Source: a virus. From it: DNA of 64,000 nucleotides. The position numbers were made by a program, and so were the translations under genes. The stretch is from IMG/VR virus record IMGVR_UViG_3300029121_000001; one strand, 5' to 3'. The notes beneath the pieces are model-generated. The model was not told where the DNA came from. It worked only from the letters and a program-made list of their open reading frames with translations, and did no database searches. This document shows, piece by piece, positions 47,105 to 57,524 of the stretch. The stretch's first letter is position 1. Each line of letters opens with the position of its first letter.

Positions 47105-47587
47105 TCAAGACAAGGCACAATCAATAATGATCTGTCTACGCTCATCAAGCGTAGACTTCACATTATTGAAGTGCCAGCCGGTGAATCGGCTAATGCACGA
47201 GATGAAAGCATCTCTGTCATCAGTCTGATCTACAGGGACTAGATCACCAGTTCTGCATCCCTGCTCGAAAATGGTCTTACCATCTCTATCCTCGATGGTG
47301 AAAGATTCATCATACAAGGATTTATCGGAAGAGTTATTTTCGAACTTGTAGATAGCTTTGCCGACGACAAATTGTCCACTGATAGACATGATGCTATCAA
47401 TGGACGTGCCAGCAGGCAGTCTATCGCCAACATTAGGAGCAGGATTTTGATCCTCTCCTTCTGCCTCGACAAACACCACCTTGTTATCCTTGAAGCGCTT
47501 TTCAGCGTTCCACGGATAATTATTGCGGGGTTGGAGCTGAGGTGAGGGAACAGCATGCTGCTTATTCTCCTTTTTATTTTTCTTCAT
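47105..47587 (-). CDS. hypothetical protein, compositionally foreign (GC-richer)
   Basis: SD AGGAGG. Has its own promoter-leader module (47588-47694) and terminator. Uses TCG/CGA/GGC/ACG codons that are unusual for this phage. Confidence 0.65.
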   Translation of the reverse strand: MKKNKKENKQHAVPSPQLQPRNNYPWNAEKRFKDNKVVFVEAEGEDQNPAPNVGDRLPAGTSIDSIMSISGQFVVGKAIYKFENNSSDKSLYDESFTIEDRDGKTIFEQGCRTGDLVPVDQTDDRDAFISCISRFTGWHFNNVKSTLDERRQIIIDCALS

Positions 47588-47694
47588 AGTAAAGTACCTC
47601 CTAAAGTACTATCTTTCAACGCAAATATTCTTTCTAAAAAGGAATACATTTATCCTTCTTTCAATTTTATACTATACAAGTGAAATATTGAACT
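47588..47694 (-). promoter_or_regulatory. promoter-leader module copy Y
   Basis: Same 25-nt block (rc of 47665-47689), same hairpin and same SD context as copy X. Confidence 0.55.
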
Positions 47695-47707
47695 ATTAAA
47701 AAAATAA

Positions 47708-47737
47708 ATGGAGAGATAGATTGCTCTATCTCTCCAT
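47708..47737 (-). terminator. intrinsic terminator
   Basis: ATGGAGAGATAGA-TTGC-TCTATCTCTCCAT. Confidence 0.7.
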
Positions 47738-47740
47738 ATT

Positions 47741-48343
47741 TTAAACTACAAGTATATTAGAAAAGATATCTATTGTTAATTTAAACTTCTTTTTTAATAC
47801 AGAATATCTAATAGTCTTTACTCTGTAATCTAGAGGATTAAGTATATAATCATAGATTCTTAGAGAAGCAGTATCTCCTTTAGACAAAGGAGTAATCGCT
47901 TTACTAGATGGTACTATATATCTAGAAGAATCAGTAGATACGTTTATCTTACTAATATTAGTACTTGCGACAGTTCCTGTAAATCCATCAATGTTATAAC
48001 AATCGGGTTCATAATAAATACACTGAACTTTATTGTCAATTCCATTAAATAGATCAAATGCTCTTATTAATGCATCATGTTTTACATTCCATCCAGAGAA
48101 ATATAAATTAGAAAATATCCTCTGTTCTGGTTTTTTCATCGACATAAAATCATTAATAATAGCTGTAAATTTGAATACATAGATTACAGGAATTCTGATA
48201 ATTCCATAAAAAGTTTGATCTGCATCCATAATGACTATAGTTCCAGGAAAGTGAGTCATATAGCCATCAGTTTTAATGAATCCAGAACAACTGTTTATGA
48301 TAGGTTGCACATAATTACAAAAATCTTCAAAATTATCATTCAT
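47741..48343 (-). CDS. hypothetical protein translationally coupled to the DNA polymerase N-fragment
   Basis: ATGA start/stop overlap with the pol ORF. PIINSCSGF and IVIMDADQTF are weakly reminiscent of PolB motifs B and C, but the spacing is atypical. Confidence 0.6.
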   Translation of the reverse strand: MNDNFEDFCNYVQPIINSCSGFIKTDGYMTHFPGTIVIMDADQTFYGIIRIPVIYVFKFTAIINDFMSMKKPEQRIFSNLYFSGWNVKHDALIRAFDLFNGIDNKVQCIYYEPDCYNIDGFTGTVASTNISKINVSTDSSRYIVPSSKAITPLSKGDTASLRIYDYILNPLDYRVKTIRYSVLKKKFKLTIDIFSNILVV

Positions 48344-48825
48344 CGAAATGCTTCCTTTTCAATAGTTTCTTTTAATTTTCCTTTTACTTCATTGTCAAGT
48401 GTTCCATATAAATAAAATCCAGTAGAATTATTTCCATAATTGTTTTCGTTAAAACTAATAGCATCGATCATATTATCTTTAACAAAATAGATTGCCTGCT
48501 GATTAAGACCTTCATCATCAATTCCTCTGCCATAAGAAGGATTAAATTTGAAGTATTCTCTAATATCATCCATGCAATCATACACATTACCAAGTCTCAT
48601 CCATCTTCTGCAAAATTCAAGGATGTTTCCACTAATCATATTCTCAAGGAATTCACCACCACGAGAATACTTAGCTACATCATCCTTCGAAGAATACATA
48701 TCAGGATGCTCATTAAGAGAGAAAGGCTTAGTAGGATCATTAGGATCTTCGATAATAATTCTACCAATCTGAGTATTAGGAGCAAGATTATTCTCAAGAA
48801 TAATAGAGGGATAAAGAGATGAGTA
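48340..48825 (-). CDS. family B DNA polymerase, exon 2 (motif A region); the ORF ends prematurely relative to canonical PolB
   Basis: Joining ..NNAVDFD to YSSLYPSIILE.. restores motif A (DxxSLYPS). No KxxxNSxYG or YxDTDS before the stop at 48340. Confidence 0.75.
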   Translation of the reverse strand, partial: YSSLYPSIILENNLAPNTQIGRIIIEDPNDPTKPFSLNEHPDMYSSKDDVAKYSRGGEFLENMISGNILEFCRRWMRLGNVYDCMDDIREYFKFNPSYGRGIDDEGLNQQAIYFVKDNMIDAISFNENNYGNNSTGFYLYGTLDNEVKGKLKETIEKEAFR

Positions 48826-50049
48826 CACGTTTCTTCACAAAGGTCGTTAATCTTTGCAGTTCTCTTATGAACTTCTCTAGGAGTTACCTAGAAGGTGAGA
48901 CTATATCACGATCCATTACTTACTTAATAAGCATTGGGACCCTTTATACTTCGGTACCACTTGGCCCTAATTCCTTTCGGAATAGTCGTTGAACTCTGAA
49001 TATATTAGAAATTATACTTAGATGAGATATTAGTATAATATTTTCTTGTATAAACTTTTCGCGCACAATCTACAACAGAATCTGAATCATCATATCCAAA
49101 ATATTTAAGAGCATTTCTACAATGATCATTTACTGTACTATTTCCAATATTATTATTAGAAAAATATGTACATAAATTTTCAATTTCTTCTGTAGAGAAT
49201 TTCTTTCCTTTTCTTGAATGAAAAGTATAATCTTTTGATATATCTTTCCAACAAGTTTTCTTTTTAATATCAGATACAATAGTTTCTGTTAATCCATTTC
49301 CAACCATTAATGATATTTGAAGATTAGTATATTGATCCATTGCTAATAAATCACATACATGTCTAATATCATCTTCATTTAAATCACTTGGCCTTTTATG
49401 AAGTCCAGTCATAAAAGCATGCCTTTGATTTTCACTTCTTGTGCACCATTCTAAATTAAAAATTCTATTATCAAATTTATCACCATTTATATGATTAACT
49501 TGAAATATATTACAATTTGGAATTGGGTAAAATGACATCATGACAAGCCTATGTAATTGAACCATTACTTGGCCATGATCAGTAGATAGATAAACAAACA
49601 AATATCCAGATCCACTAACCCCAGGACTTAAATAAATATTCAAATATTTATTAAATACCCGTCCACAATTACTGATCATATAGTAATCATAAATTCCTGG
49701 AATAATATTTTGAGTTATATCGATAAACATTTCTCCAAAGAATTTATCACAATAAGTTGGTTGGAAATAAATACATTGATCTTTAAATTTTTGTATATTA
49801 ATTCACCTCTTTTTATTTGAAAATATCTCATCATATATTCAGGTGCTGATTAGACATTACTAATAGACTTTAGGACTATATATCTATCTCTTATTCAATA
49901 TATAGCTTTTATTTCACCATGGTCCATCTCTTCACTTATTTCTATCTTTCGATTCTATTATTTTTAATAGCAGAAGAGCTTTAGCCTTTTCCAGCTTTGG
50001 CAATAAAGTTTTCATTTCTATATTCCTATAAAAATGCGACTACTAGTTA
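48826..50049 (-). mobile_element. group IA2 (td-like) intron in the DNA polymerase gene, carrying an HNH ORF
   Basis: CAACGACUAUUCC-GAAA-GGAAUUAGGGCC, GUGAUAUAGUCUCACC and AAGAUUAACGACCUU parallel the td core. It shares a 28-nt identical block and other blocks with terL intron 1, and ends in ..AACGUG. Confidence 0.85.
49005..49730 (-). CDS. HNH homing endonuclease (intron-encoded)
   Basis: YMISNCGRVFN (NUMOD4-like) and HINGDKFDNRIFNLEWCTRSEN (HNH). Lies wholly inside the pol intron. Confidence 0.85.
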   Translation of the reverse strand: MFIDITQNIIPGIYDYYMISNCGRVFNKYLNIYLSPGVSGSGYLFVYLSTDHGQVMVQLHRLVMMSFYPIPNCNIFQVNHINGDKFDNRIFNLEWCTRSENQRHAFMTGLHKRPSDLNEDDIRHVCDLLAMDQYTNLQISLMVGNGLTETIVSDIKKKTCWKDISKDYTFHSRKGKKFSTEEIENLCTYFSNNNIGNSTVNDHCRNALKYFGYDDSDSVVDCARKVYTRKYYTNISSKYNF

Positions 50050-51606
50050 ATCGAAGTCCACTGCATTATTTGCTAATAAAGTAGGTCTACCATTTACATG
50101 CATCATTACAATTTCTGCATTATGAGTAGGATCACCAACCATAGCACCAGGGAATTTGGTAGTTGGTTTCTCATTCCATAGATTTTTGTTGTTACCAAGA
50201 ATATATCCATACTCAAAGAATTCTTTACAGAAACGATTTGCAAGATATACTGATTGTCTATGACATTTAGCGTAATTGGTATTATTAACTAGACATTTAG
50301 TAAACACATATTCTAGATCATTGGTACTAGATTCAATACATTTTTGAACAATAACATCCATTACGTTATAGAAAGAAAATGTTTTAAAATCAATATAAGG
50401 AAGCTTACCAAGATCACTAGTAATATGAGAATAGTCTAGCTTCTTAACACCTGCTACAATCTCACCAATTGCATCTAGTTTAAAGCTAGGATATCTACCA
50501 CGACCTTTTCTTCTAGATGCAAATTCAATCATCTGATCAAGCCATACAGTATAGCTAGAAACGTTTACATAGTCACCTCGTTCTTCATAATTATTTCTAT
50601 TACGCTCATCAATATAAAACTTTAAGAATCTTAATTCAATTCTAGGATCACAGATAATATCCAAAGGATCATATCCAAGATTTTCAATTCTATGAATAAT
50701 ATAAGCAAGGTCGAATGCCATGTTCCATGCTTCAATAAAGTCAGGAACTGTTTGATTAATTACATTAAAAGCCGCTTGAATAAGATCGATTTCGTTATCA
50801 AAGAATTCAAGTCGATAAGTCATTTTATCGACTCCAAATTTAACAGCCTTTTTATATCCACCAACTGCATTGATAACAAAATTCTTAAGTTCATCTTGAA
50901 ATCCAGATTGCCTAGTATATCCCATATATCTTTCAATCAAAGGATTATTTTGATCATTAAGAATAAATTGATATACTATTCCATGTGCATCATCACAATA
51001 TGCAATTGCATTAATAGGAACTTCACCAGGTTCAGGAAACTGTCCGTTACAATAAGCAGTATCAGTTTCAATATCAATGAATCCTTTAGTCAACTTAAAG
51101 ACATTGTTCTTATATGATAAATTAAATAGAAATTTATAATAGTTTTCAATTTGAATATCAGACATAAAGATTCTAGGATCTGTATGAAGTTTTCTATTTT
51201 CTGCAAATTGGTTATTAGCTCTATTCTCTTCATATTCTTCTACTCTATCAGTTACTTCTGCAATAGCTTTCAGAATATCAGCATATTTACAAGTACAAGG
51301 AATAACCTTTTCTTTTTCAATAAAGAATTTATTATAATCTACTTCATCTTCAGGATTCTTAACTTTATAAAACGTATATTTTGGTTCCTCAATAATATGA
51401 TATTTTTTTGCTCCGGTTGTATTGTCCCTATAAAGGATACCAATAAAATCTTTAACATAAGATCCATCATCTAGTTTAGTTCTAGGAGTATATGCTGTAT
51501 TAATTACAGTGATATTAGAACCTTTAGGATATCCAGGAATTAATAATTCATACTGCTTATTATCAATAATATAAGATCTTCTCTTACGTTCTTCTTGATT
51601 GATCAT
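50050..51606 (-). CDS. family B DNA polymerase, exon 1 (3'-5' exonuclease domain and N-terminal palm)
   Basis: ExoI FIDIETD, ExoII AWNMAFDLAY, ExoIII YNVMDVIV. SD GGAGG. Confidence 0.85.
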
Positions 51607-51739
51607 ATCTATACCTCCATAATCATTTTAGTAATAGTAAGTCAAAGATTTTATAATCTTTGAAATTCTACACTTCATAATAAATAGATTTCTCTATTCT
51701 CATTCAAATTTATAATACATGTATAAAGGAGATTTTAAT

Positions 51740-52759
51740 ATGGCTATCTCTTTCCCTAGGGTTCCCAATATGGTAGATGAACATCAGAGTTATACCACTG
51801 ATGGTAAGCCTCAAAATCAGAGTTCATCTGTAATTATGTCTACTGATTCTGATACTAAAGTTATTCCTAATTTTTCTAGCCTAGTTGATAGCAATGTACC
51901 TGTTCCTATTACTGTAGATCCATCTACTGTAGTTACAGATATTAATGCTCCTTCTAAAAAGAAAAAGTCCAGAAAAAAGAAAGATGATGAAGATGTAGAA
52001 ACAGATAAGATTTCTCCTAGAGAAGAAGTCGAAAACACTGTTTATGCAGACGAATATAGTGATACAAATGCTATGACTAATACTATTATTGCTCAAGCTG
52101 ATGGTATTATCATGGATTGTGCTCAAGATATTGCTTTTATGAAATCTCAGAGATCTATGAAAGGCAAGTATCACTATATCAATGAAACTCGTGCTGCTAT
52201 GAATTCTGCACTATCTACTAAGCTTGCTGCTATTAAAGAGCGTAATGCTACAACTAAGGCAATCATTGATAATAACTATCGTCGTTATAAAGATATGCGT
52301 GCTCTTGATCAGACTGATGATAATAAAGCAATCATGGATGCATATTCTGCATTTATTTCTGCACCTGTTGGAGCACCTGCATATATCCTGCCTAATACTA
52401 GCTCTATGACAGGTGGTATTGGAGTTATTAGATCTGATTATCCTCCTCAGATCCAAGCTGGTGTTGATGCAGGAATGAATAACTTTATGAATCATTTAAC
52501 TCCTGAACAGAATCTAATGCTTAATGATAATAACCCTGATATCGAAGAAGTTATTGTATATGATCAAGCTACAGGAGCTAAGTATTTCCAGTGGATGAAT
52601 ACTAAAACTGGTGAAACTATTCCTAATATGCCTATCACATCTAATCTAATTCTTGAAGACTATACTATTGATCCTCGTACTCATCTTGCCAAAAACACTA
52701 ATCTTAATTCTATTAAGAAGGTTGTTGTCATTAACAACGGAGAATTTAACAATTTTTAA
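51740..52759 (+). CDS. hypothetical protein
   Basis: ATG 51740 preceded by AAAGGAG; 339 codons. Confidence 0.65.
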   Translation: MAISFPRVPNMVDEHQSYTTDGKPQNQSSSVIMSTDSDTKVIPNFSSLVDSNVPVPITVDPSTVVTDINAPSKKKKSRKKKDDEDVETDKISPREEVENTVYADEYSDTNAMTNTIIAQADGIIMDCAQDIAFMKSQRSMKGKYHYINETRAAMNSALSTKLAAIKERNATTKAIIDNNYRRYKDMRALDQTDDNKAIMDAYSAFISAPVGAPAYILPNTSSMTGGIGVIRSDYPPQIQAGVDAGMNNFMNHLTPEQNLMLNDNNPDIEEVIVYDQATGAKYFQWMNTKTGETIPNMPITSNLILEDYTIDPRTHLAKNTNLNSIKKVVVINNGEFNNF

Positions 52760-52768
52760 AAAAATAAA

Positions 52769-52795
52769 TGGGAGAGACTTATTGGGTCTCTCCCA
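52769..52795. terminator. bidirectional terminator
   Basis: TGGGAGAGAC-loop-GTCTCTCCCA. Confidence 0.7.
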
Positions 52796-52799
52796 CTTT

Positions 52800-53360
52800 T
52801 TATTTGCCGTATCCCATTGTCAGAATCTGATGAATGATATCATCATAATGAGAAGCACCAGATGCTTTAAGCATACGAATCGATTCTTCAACATTGGTCA
52901 TTGTTGTCACGTCAAAGATTGTATCTCCAAGAACCATAACAACTTTTTCACAATATATTTCGTCGAAGAACTCACATCCGTACACAAATAGAGTATGGAA
53001 ACATTGAGCAACCAAAGAATTTGATGCATCCCAATACATGATATCTTTATTCTCAATATATTTATTGGAAATAAGATAATCGGTGAGGCTCATCAAATAT
53101 CTTGGCCACAACTCTTTGATTCTGATAATTTTTAGAGTTGTATTTTCAGAATGAATCCCATATAATTCCTGCTTGAAATCGATCAATGTCGAATCTGGAA
53201 TTCCTCTCCAAACAACAATGCATACGAAGATTGGTTCATTGTACTCAGCTGTTTTGGAGATAACAGAATTGATTGGGAAACTCACTGTTCCTGTATCATC
53301 CTCAGGAGCATATTTGAATAACTCTGGAGCAGTATTCAAATACGCAAAGTATCTTTTCAT
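52800..53360 (-). CDS. hypothetical protein
   Basis: 186-codon ORF with SD GGAGGAAG inside the upstream gene end. Confidence 0.65.
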   Translation of the reverse strand: MKRYFAYLNTAPELFKYAPEDDTGTVSFPINSVISKTAEYNEPIFVCIVVWRGIPDSTLIDFKQELYGIHSENTTLKIIRIKELWPRYLMSLTDYLISNKYIENKDIMYWDASNSLVAQCFHTLFVYGCEFFDEIYCEKVVMVLGDTIFDVTTMTNVEESIRMLKASGASHYDDIIHQILTMGYGK

Positions 53361-53632
53361 TTTACTTCCTCCTTTTCAATAAGTAATTCAATGGCTTTAT
53401 GGCCAATACCAAACGGCATGATATTATCATACCGAACAAATTTGATGACATAATCATCAGGGCCTTTTTCTCCACTGTATTCGATATCGAACACGGAGCC
53501 AGGTTTTACTTCCGGATAGTAACAGCAGTAAGAATTATTAATGCTGTCACGATGAATGCTAAAGTTATGATTATAAAAGAAATTATAATCACCAAACTTG
53601 CCTTCACCGTACCGATTAAAACGAATTCGCAT
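53357..53632 (-). CDS. hypothetical small protein
   Basis: ATG 53632 preceded by GGAGG. The track ORF start at 53677 lacks an SD. Confidence 0.6.
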   Translation of the reverse strand: MRIRFNRYGEGKFGDYNFFYNHNFSIHRDSINNSYCCYYPEVKPGSVFDIEYSGEKGPDDYVIKFVRYDNIMPFGIGHKAIELLIEKEEVK

Positions 53633-53683
53633 TTTCAAAACCTCCAAAAATTTATATTCCGGAGCGAAATATTTCATTCACTC

Positions 53684-53700
53684 TCATATTTATTATATCT
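53684..53700 (-). promoter_or_regulatory. variant motif AGATATAATAAATATGA
   Basis: Two mismatches to the family. After terminator 53727-53753 and upstream of ATG 53632. Confidence 0.35.
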
Positions 53701-53726
53701 ATTTAAATTGAATTAAATAAAAATAA

Positions 53727-53753
53727 TCCGAGAGGGTTGTATATCCTCTCGGA
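53727..53753 (-). terminator. intrinsic terminator after the Rad50-like gene
   Basis: TCCGAGAGG-loop-CCTCTCGGA. Confidence 0.65.
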
Positions 53754-53762
53754 ATTTATCTA

Positions 53763-56525
53763 TTATTGCTCTATTCTGATACCTGTATGAGAACAGATAA
53801 TTCTAGTAGTGGATTGCGTATCAAATTCCATGTTATGCGAACAAATAATACATTGCTCACTTCCCATGAAATCTAGAATAGTATTTAGAACATTAATGAA
53901 CATAATTCTATTCTGTTGATCAAGGCCACCATCGATCTCATCAAATCTAGGAATGTTATAGGTGGTACTGCTCTTCATCATTGCTACGCAAGAGAATACA
54001 AGTCCAATCATACACTTCTGTGCAGTAGATCCAGCTGCAATATCAGGAACTATGATTCCATTAGGGCCAATAAAAGGAATAGAGAATTGCTTTTCATTGA
54101 TTACAGGAACCTCAAGTCTGATAGTACCATTAAACATATATCCTAGCATCTTATTGCAATCGATAATAATCTCATTCATATATCTTTTGATATACTCTGA
54201 TTGAATACCATATCCATTACCAGGATTACATGCATTTCTAATGAAAGAAATCTTTTCAAATTTACCACTAGCATCAGCGTATTCTGCTTGATAATCTATA
54301 ATACTAGCAAGGCAAAAATTGATCTTATTAATAGATTCATTGATAGGATTCAGATTTTCTTCAATCAAAGAAATATCATTCTTAATAGCATTGAGCGAAT
54401 CTACTTTCTCTTTAACAAGTTTAATTTTATCTCTAACAGAATCAAATTCTTGTTTAAGAGAATCTTTACTACTAAGCATTTCTGATTTTCTTTTCATAAG
54501 CTCTAGAACAGAATCTACCACCATCCTATTATTTTTAAATTCTTCCAATAGAGATGCAAAGAATGTTACTTTTGTATTTAAGTCTTTTAATTTATCTTCT
54601 CTTTTTTTATTCTCCTTTTCACATTTATTGATTGATCTCTGAAGTCTATCAATCATATCTTTATTATTCTTATAAATTTTATAATCAGCTTCCATAGATT
54701 TAAGTTGATTAAGCAATCCTTTCAAAATAATATAGATATTAGCTTTTTCAATAAGATCACTAACAATAGAAAATTCTTCAAATCTATTATGATTTATAAT
54801 CATATCATAAATCATATTAGTAGTAAAAATCTCTTTAATAGAAGGAATCTTATTAATAGTAGACTTCTTACCTTTAATCTGAGTCATTGCCTCATCTATA
54901 AGCTGAATAATCTGTAGCATCTGATTAAATGTATGATTATCAGATTCATCAGAAGCATTCTCAGATTTTAGAACCAATATCTGACCTACAATATCATCTA
55001 TCTTTTCTTGAGTTACCGTATCCTTCTTAGCTACATATTTTGCAATATAAGGACAAGTATCGATAGTACAATTAGTAGGTCTATTTTTAATCATCTGGTT
55101 GACTTCTTCTAAGTCAGACTTCATCACTGTAACTTTGTCAGTAAGTCTGCCGATAGTAATAGTGCGATTATTAATGCTAGTTTGCATCTGTTGAATTCTA
55201 CTCTGTAAAGTAGCCACAGACCTATTATTGAATTTAGAATAGAACTCAATACTAGAAATAAACGTATCCTCTGATCCAATATCTTCAGCCACCTTTATAT
55301 TAGAAACTAGTAAATCCAATCCTTGTTTTAATTCAGTAAGATCTTCTACAGATACTTTATCTAGAATAGAGGCATCATCATCTGTAATATATCCACTATA
55401 AGAATCAACTTGAGACTGAATTTGTTTGATAGACTCTGCTAGGTTATCTTGAATTAAATTGGCTTTGAGAGCTTCCATTGTATTTCTGTCATGATCTATG
55501 GTATTAGAAGCAGCTTCATTTAGAGCCATTAAAACAGATATAGAAGATTTATTATCTTCAATAGATTTAGTATAGAATGCAATTCTATTATCCAAATCAT
55601 TACCTAAAGAAGTTATACTTTCAATAGTTTGATTTTCAGGAGATATCTTAAGTTTAGTGTATTCTTGTATTAAACTTGTATCAATTTGCTTTAATTCAGA
55701 AACAATAGATCCTAATCTATCCGAAATAGAAGTGTATAGATCTTGCATATGATTGTCAGGATCTATAATTCTTACTGTAGTTTCTGCTTCAGCAAGTTGT
55801 TTAATTAATTCATCTCGTCTTTCATTATAAGATTTCTTTTGAGATTCAAGTTGAGAAAGTTTCATCCTCAATTCATTCTCATTACCAAATTCACTAAGTT
55901 TGGTATTAAGAGTATTCATATAAGACTTAAGAGAATTGGCTTTCTTAGAAATGGTCTTAAAGATATTATTATAGGTGTCAAGAGACCCTATATACATTGC
56001 CATATATCTTCTTCTATCAGAAGGATTCATATCAACAATACCTCTGTTCTCAGAAGATATAGAAGATAGATCCAAATAGATAGGATCAATATTTAGCATT
56101 GCATCTCTAATTTCTTTAAACGAAGAAATATTTCCATTCGGATTAAGCTCTTCTCCATTCTTAGAAATATATGCTTTATTCAGCCTATGGGTCTTACTAC
56201 CATCAACAGTAGACAAGATAAGAATCTTATAATAATCTTGAGTGCCATTAGGATTAGTAGATATATAATGAATCTCTTTTTCTGCAGGATATTCAATGAT
56301 TTGTCTATTTCCATTTTCATCAATGAATACATCTGTTCTATAAGAATCATTAGAATCTACTTCAGGTGTCATTGCACCAATAATGGTAGACTTAGAACAT
56401 CCATTCTCACCTTGAATAAGAACAATACGATTTCTGAATTGTGAGAAGTCTATTGCGATTTCATCAAGTCCCATACCATTTAAGACTTTGATATATCCTT
56501 TTAATCTAAAATATACAATCTTCAT
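53763..56525 (-). CDS. Rad50/SbcC-like recombination ATPase (T4 gp46 analogue)
   Basis: GENGCSKST Walker A at the N-terminus, a long coiled-coil middle, and FDEIDGGLD Walker B/D-loop near the C-terminus. Confidence 0.75.
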   Translation of the reverse strand: MKIVYFRLKGYIKVLNGMGLDEIAIDFSQFRNRIVLIQGENGCSKSTIIGAMTPEVDSNDSYRTDVFIDENGNRQIIEYPAEKEIHYISTNPNGTQDYYKILILSTVDGSKTHRLNKAYISKNGEELNPNGNISSFKEIRDAMLNIDPIYLDLSSISSENRGIVDMNPSDRRRYMAMYIGSLDTYNNIFKTISKKANSLKSYMNTLNTKLSEFGNENELRMKLSQLESQKKSYNERRDELIKQLAEAETTVRIIDPDNHMQDLYTSISDRLGSIVSELKQIDTSLIQEYTKLKISPENQTIESITSLGNDLDNRIAFYTKSIEDNKSSISVLMALNEAASNTIDHDRNTMEALKANLIQDNLAESIKQIQSQVDSYSGYITDDDASILDKVSVEDLTELKQGLDLLVSNIKVAEDIGSEDTFISSIEFYSKFNNRSVATLQSRIQQMQTSINNRTITIGRLTDKVTVMKSDLEEVNQMIKNRPTNCTIDTCPYIAKYVAKKDTVTQEKIDDIVGQILVLKSENASDESDNHTFNQMLQIIQLIDEAMTQIKGKKSTINKIPSIKEIFTTNMIYDMIINHNRFEEFSIVSDLIEKANIYIILKGLLNQLKSMEADYKIYKNNKDMIDRLQRSINKCEKENKKREDKLKDLNTKVTFFASLLEEFKNNRMVVDSVLELMKRKSEMLSSKDSLKQEFDSVRDKIKLVKEKVDSLNAIKNDISLIEENLNPINESINKINFCLASIIDYQAEYADASGKFEKISFIRNACNPGNGYGIQSEYIKRYMNEIIIDCNKMLGYMFNGTIRLEVPVINEKQFSIPFIGPNGIIVPDIAAGSTAQKCMIGLVFSCVAMMKSSTTYNIPRFDEIDGGLDQQNRIMFINVLNTILDFMGSEQCIICSHNMEFDTQSTTRIICSHTGIRIEQ

Positions 56526-56701
56526 TCTGCTTTTTCACCTTCTATATTTGATAAATCTAGATCAGGAAAATCTACAGTTTCTGAATCTTGGAACTGACTG
56601 AAGATCTGAGGATGATCAAGAACATTCTTATCTATTTTCTTCATATCTTGTATCATCTGATTTAATTCTTCTTCAGAAATATTAAAACAATCAATACTCA
56701 T
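56522..56701 (-). CDS. small acidic protein coupled to the Rad50-like gene
   Basis: 59 codons, below the track cutoff. AAGGAG 10 nt upstream. ATGA overlap with the downstream start. Confidence 0.55.
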   Translation of the reverse strand: MSIDCFNISEEELNQMIQDMKKIDKNVLDHPQIFSQFQDSETVDFPDLDLSNIEGEKAE

Positions 56702-56750
56702 TGTATATACACTCCTTTATTCTGAGGTTTCAAATTTATTAAAAATAAAA

Positions 56751-56778
56751 ATGGGAGGGTATATTTCAACCCTCCCAT
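56751..56778 (-). terminator. intrinsic terminator
   Basis: ATGGGAGGGT-loop-ACCCTCCCAT. Confidence 0.7.
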
Positions 56779-56785
56779 CTTAATA

Positions 56786-57007
56786 TTAGAAGTGTGTTAC
56801 TTCGAAGATTCTAGTAGCTTCACCTTCGTCATTGATTTGATCGACGGTATAATTGGTATCACCAATATGAGTCTTATACTTAGCTTTGATCTTCTTATCG
56901 ACACATTCAATTGCACGATCTGCACTGAATGCATCAATGTTATAATCATGCTTAGGAATCTTATGCTCAATAGAATGCACAGTAATTACAAAATGCTTTT
57001 TACCCAT
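56786..57007 (-). CDS. hypothetical small protein
   Basis: SD AAGGAG; terminator downstream. Confidence 0.6.
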   Translation of the reverse strand: MGKKHFVITVHSIEHKIPKHDYNIDAFSADRAIECVDKKIKAKYKTHIGDTNYTVDQINDEGEATRIFEVTHF

Positions 57008-57033
57008 TATTTTTTATCTCCTTATGTTTTATA

Positions 57034-57474
57034 TTAGTCTTCGTCCTTGAACCAATCAGCCAAGTTGAAAACAATATGAGAAATACAATTGCCATTAAGA
57101 GCAATTTTATTACTTCCTACATAATTAATGCTGAGGTCATAATTTGCAATGGCAGGATATTCATCATAGTTACTCTTGATGCTATTGACAATCTTAGCAA
57201 TACGATCGATAATATCAGGTTTAATAACTTCAATCTCAATATGATCAATAGCTTGCCAATCAATAGCGATATTGGGAGTATGCTCATTAAGCTGATTAGG
57301 ATCAATATTGATAATTGTAGTATAAGTGTCATTGGGTTTAGCATCACAATTGACGATGATAGCACTGTTAATGTAATTGCTATTACCAACTAGCTGCTGA
57401 TGAATATATGTTGCTATGTACATATTAACATCAGAAGTTTCAAATGTAGGATAAATGGTAATTTCGACGATCAT
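57034..57474 (-). CDS. hypothetical protein
   Basis: SD AAGGAG. A promoter-motif copy lies at 57525-57541. Confidence 0.65.
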   Translation of the reverse strand: MIVEITIYPTFETSDVNMYIATYIHQQLVGNSNYINSAIIVNCDAKPNDTYTTIINIDPNQLNEHTPNIAIDWQAIDHIEIEVIKPDIIDRIAKIVNSIKSNYDEYPAIANYDLSINYVGSNKIALNGNCISHIVFNLADWFKDED

Positions 57475-57524
57475 GATAGACTCTCCTTAAAATGAATATT
57501 TGAGAATAGATCTTTTCTATTCTA

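Noticed and set aside
51643-51662. 20-nt palindrome CAAAGATT-TTAT-AATCTTTG between the polymerase gene and gene 51740, as a distinct regulatory element.
   Set aside because: It overlaps a TATAAT-like box and resembles a degenerate copy of the 17-nt promoter motif. This single occurrence is not enough to call an operator.
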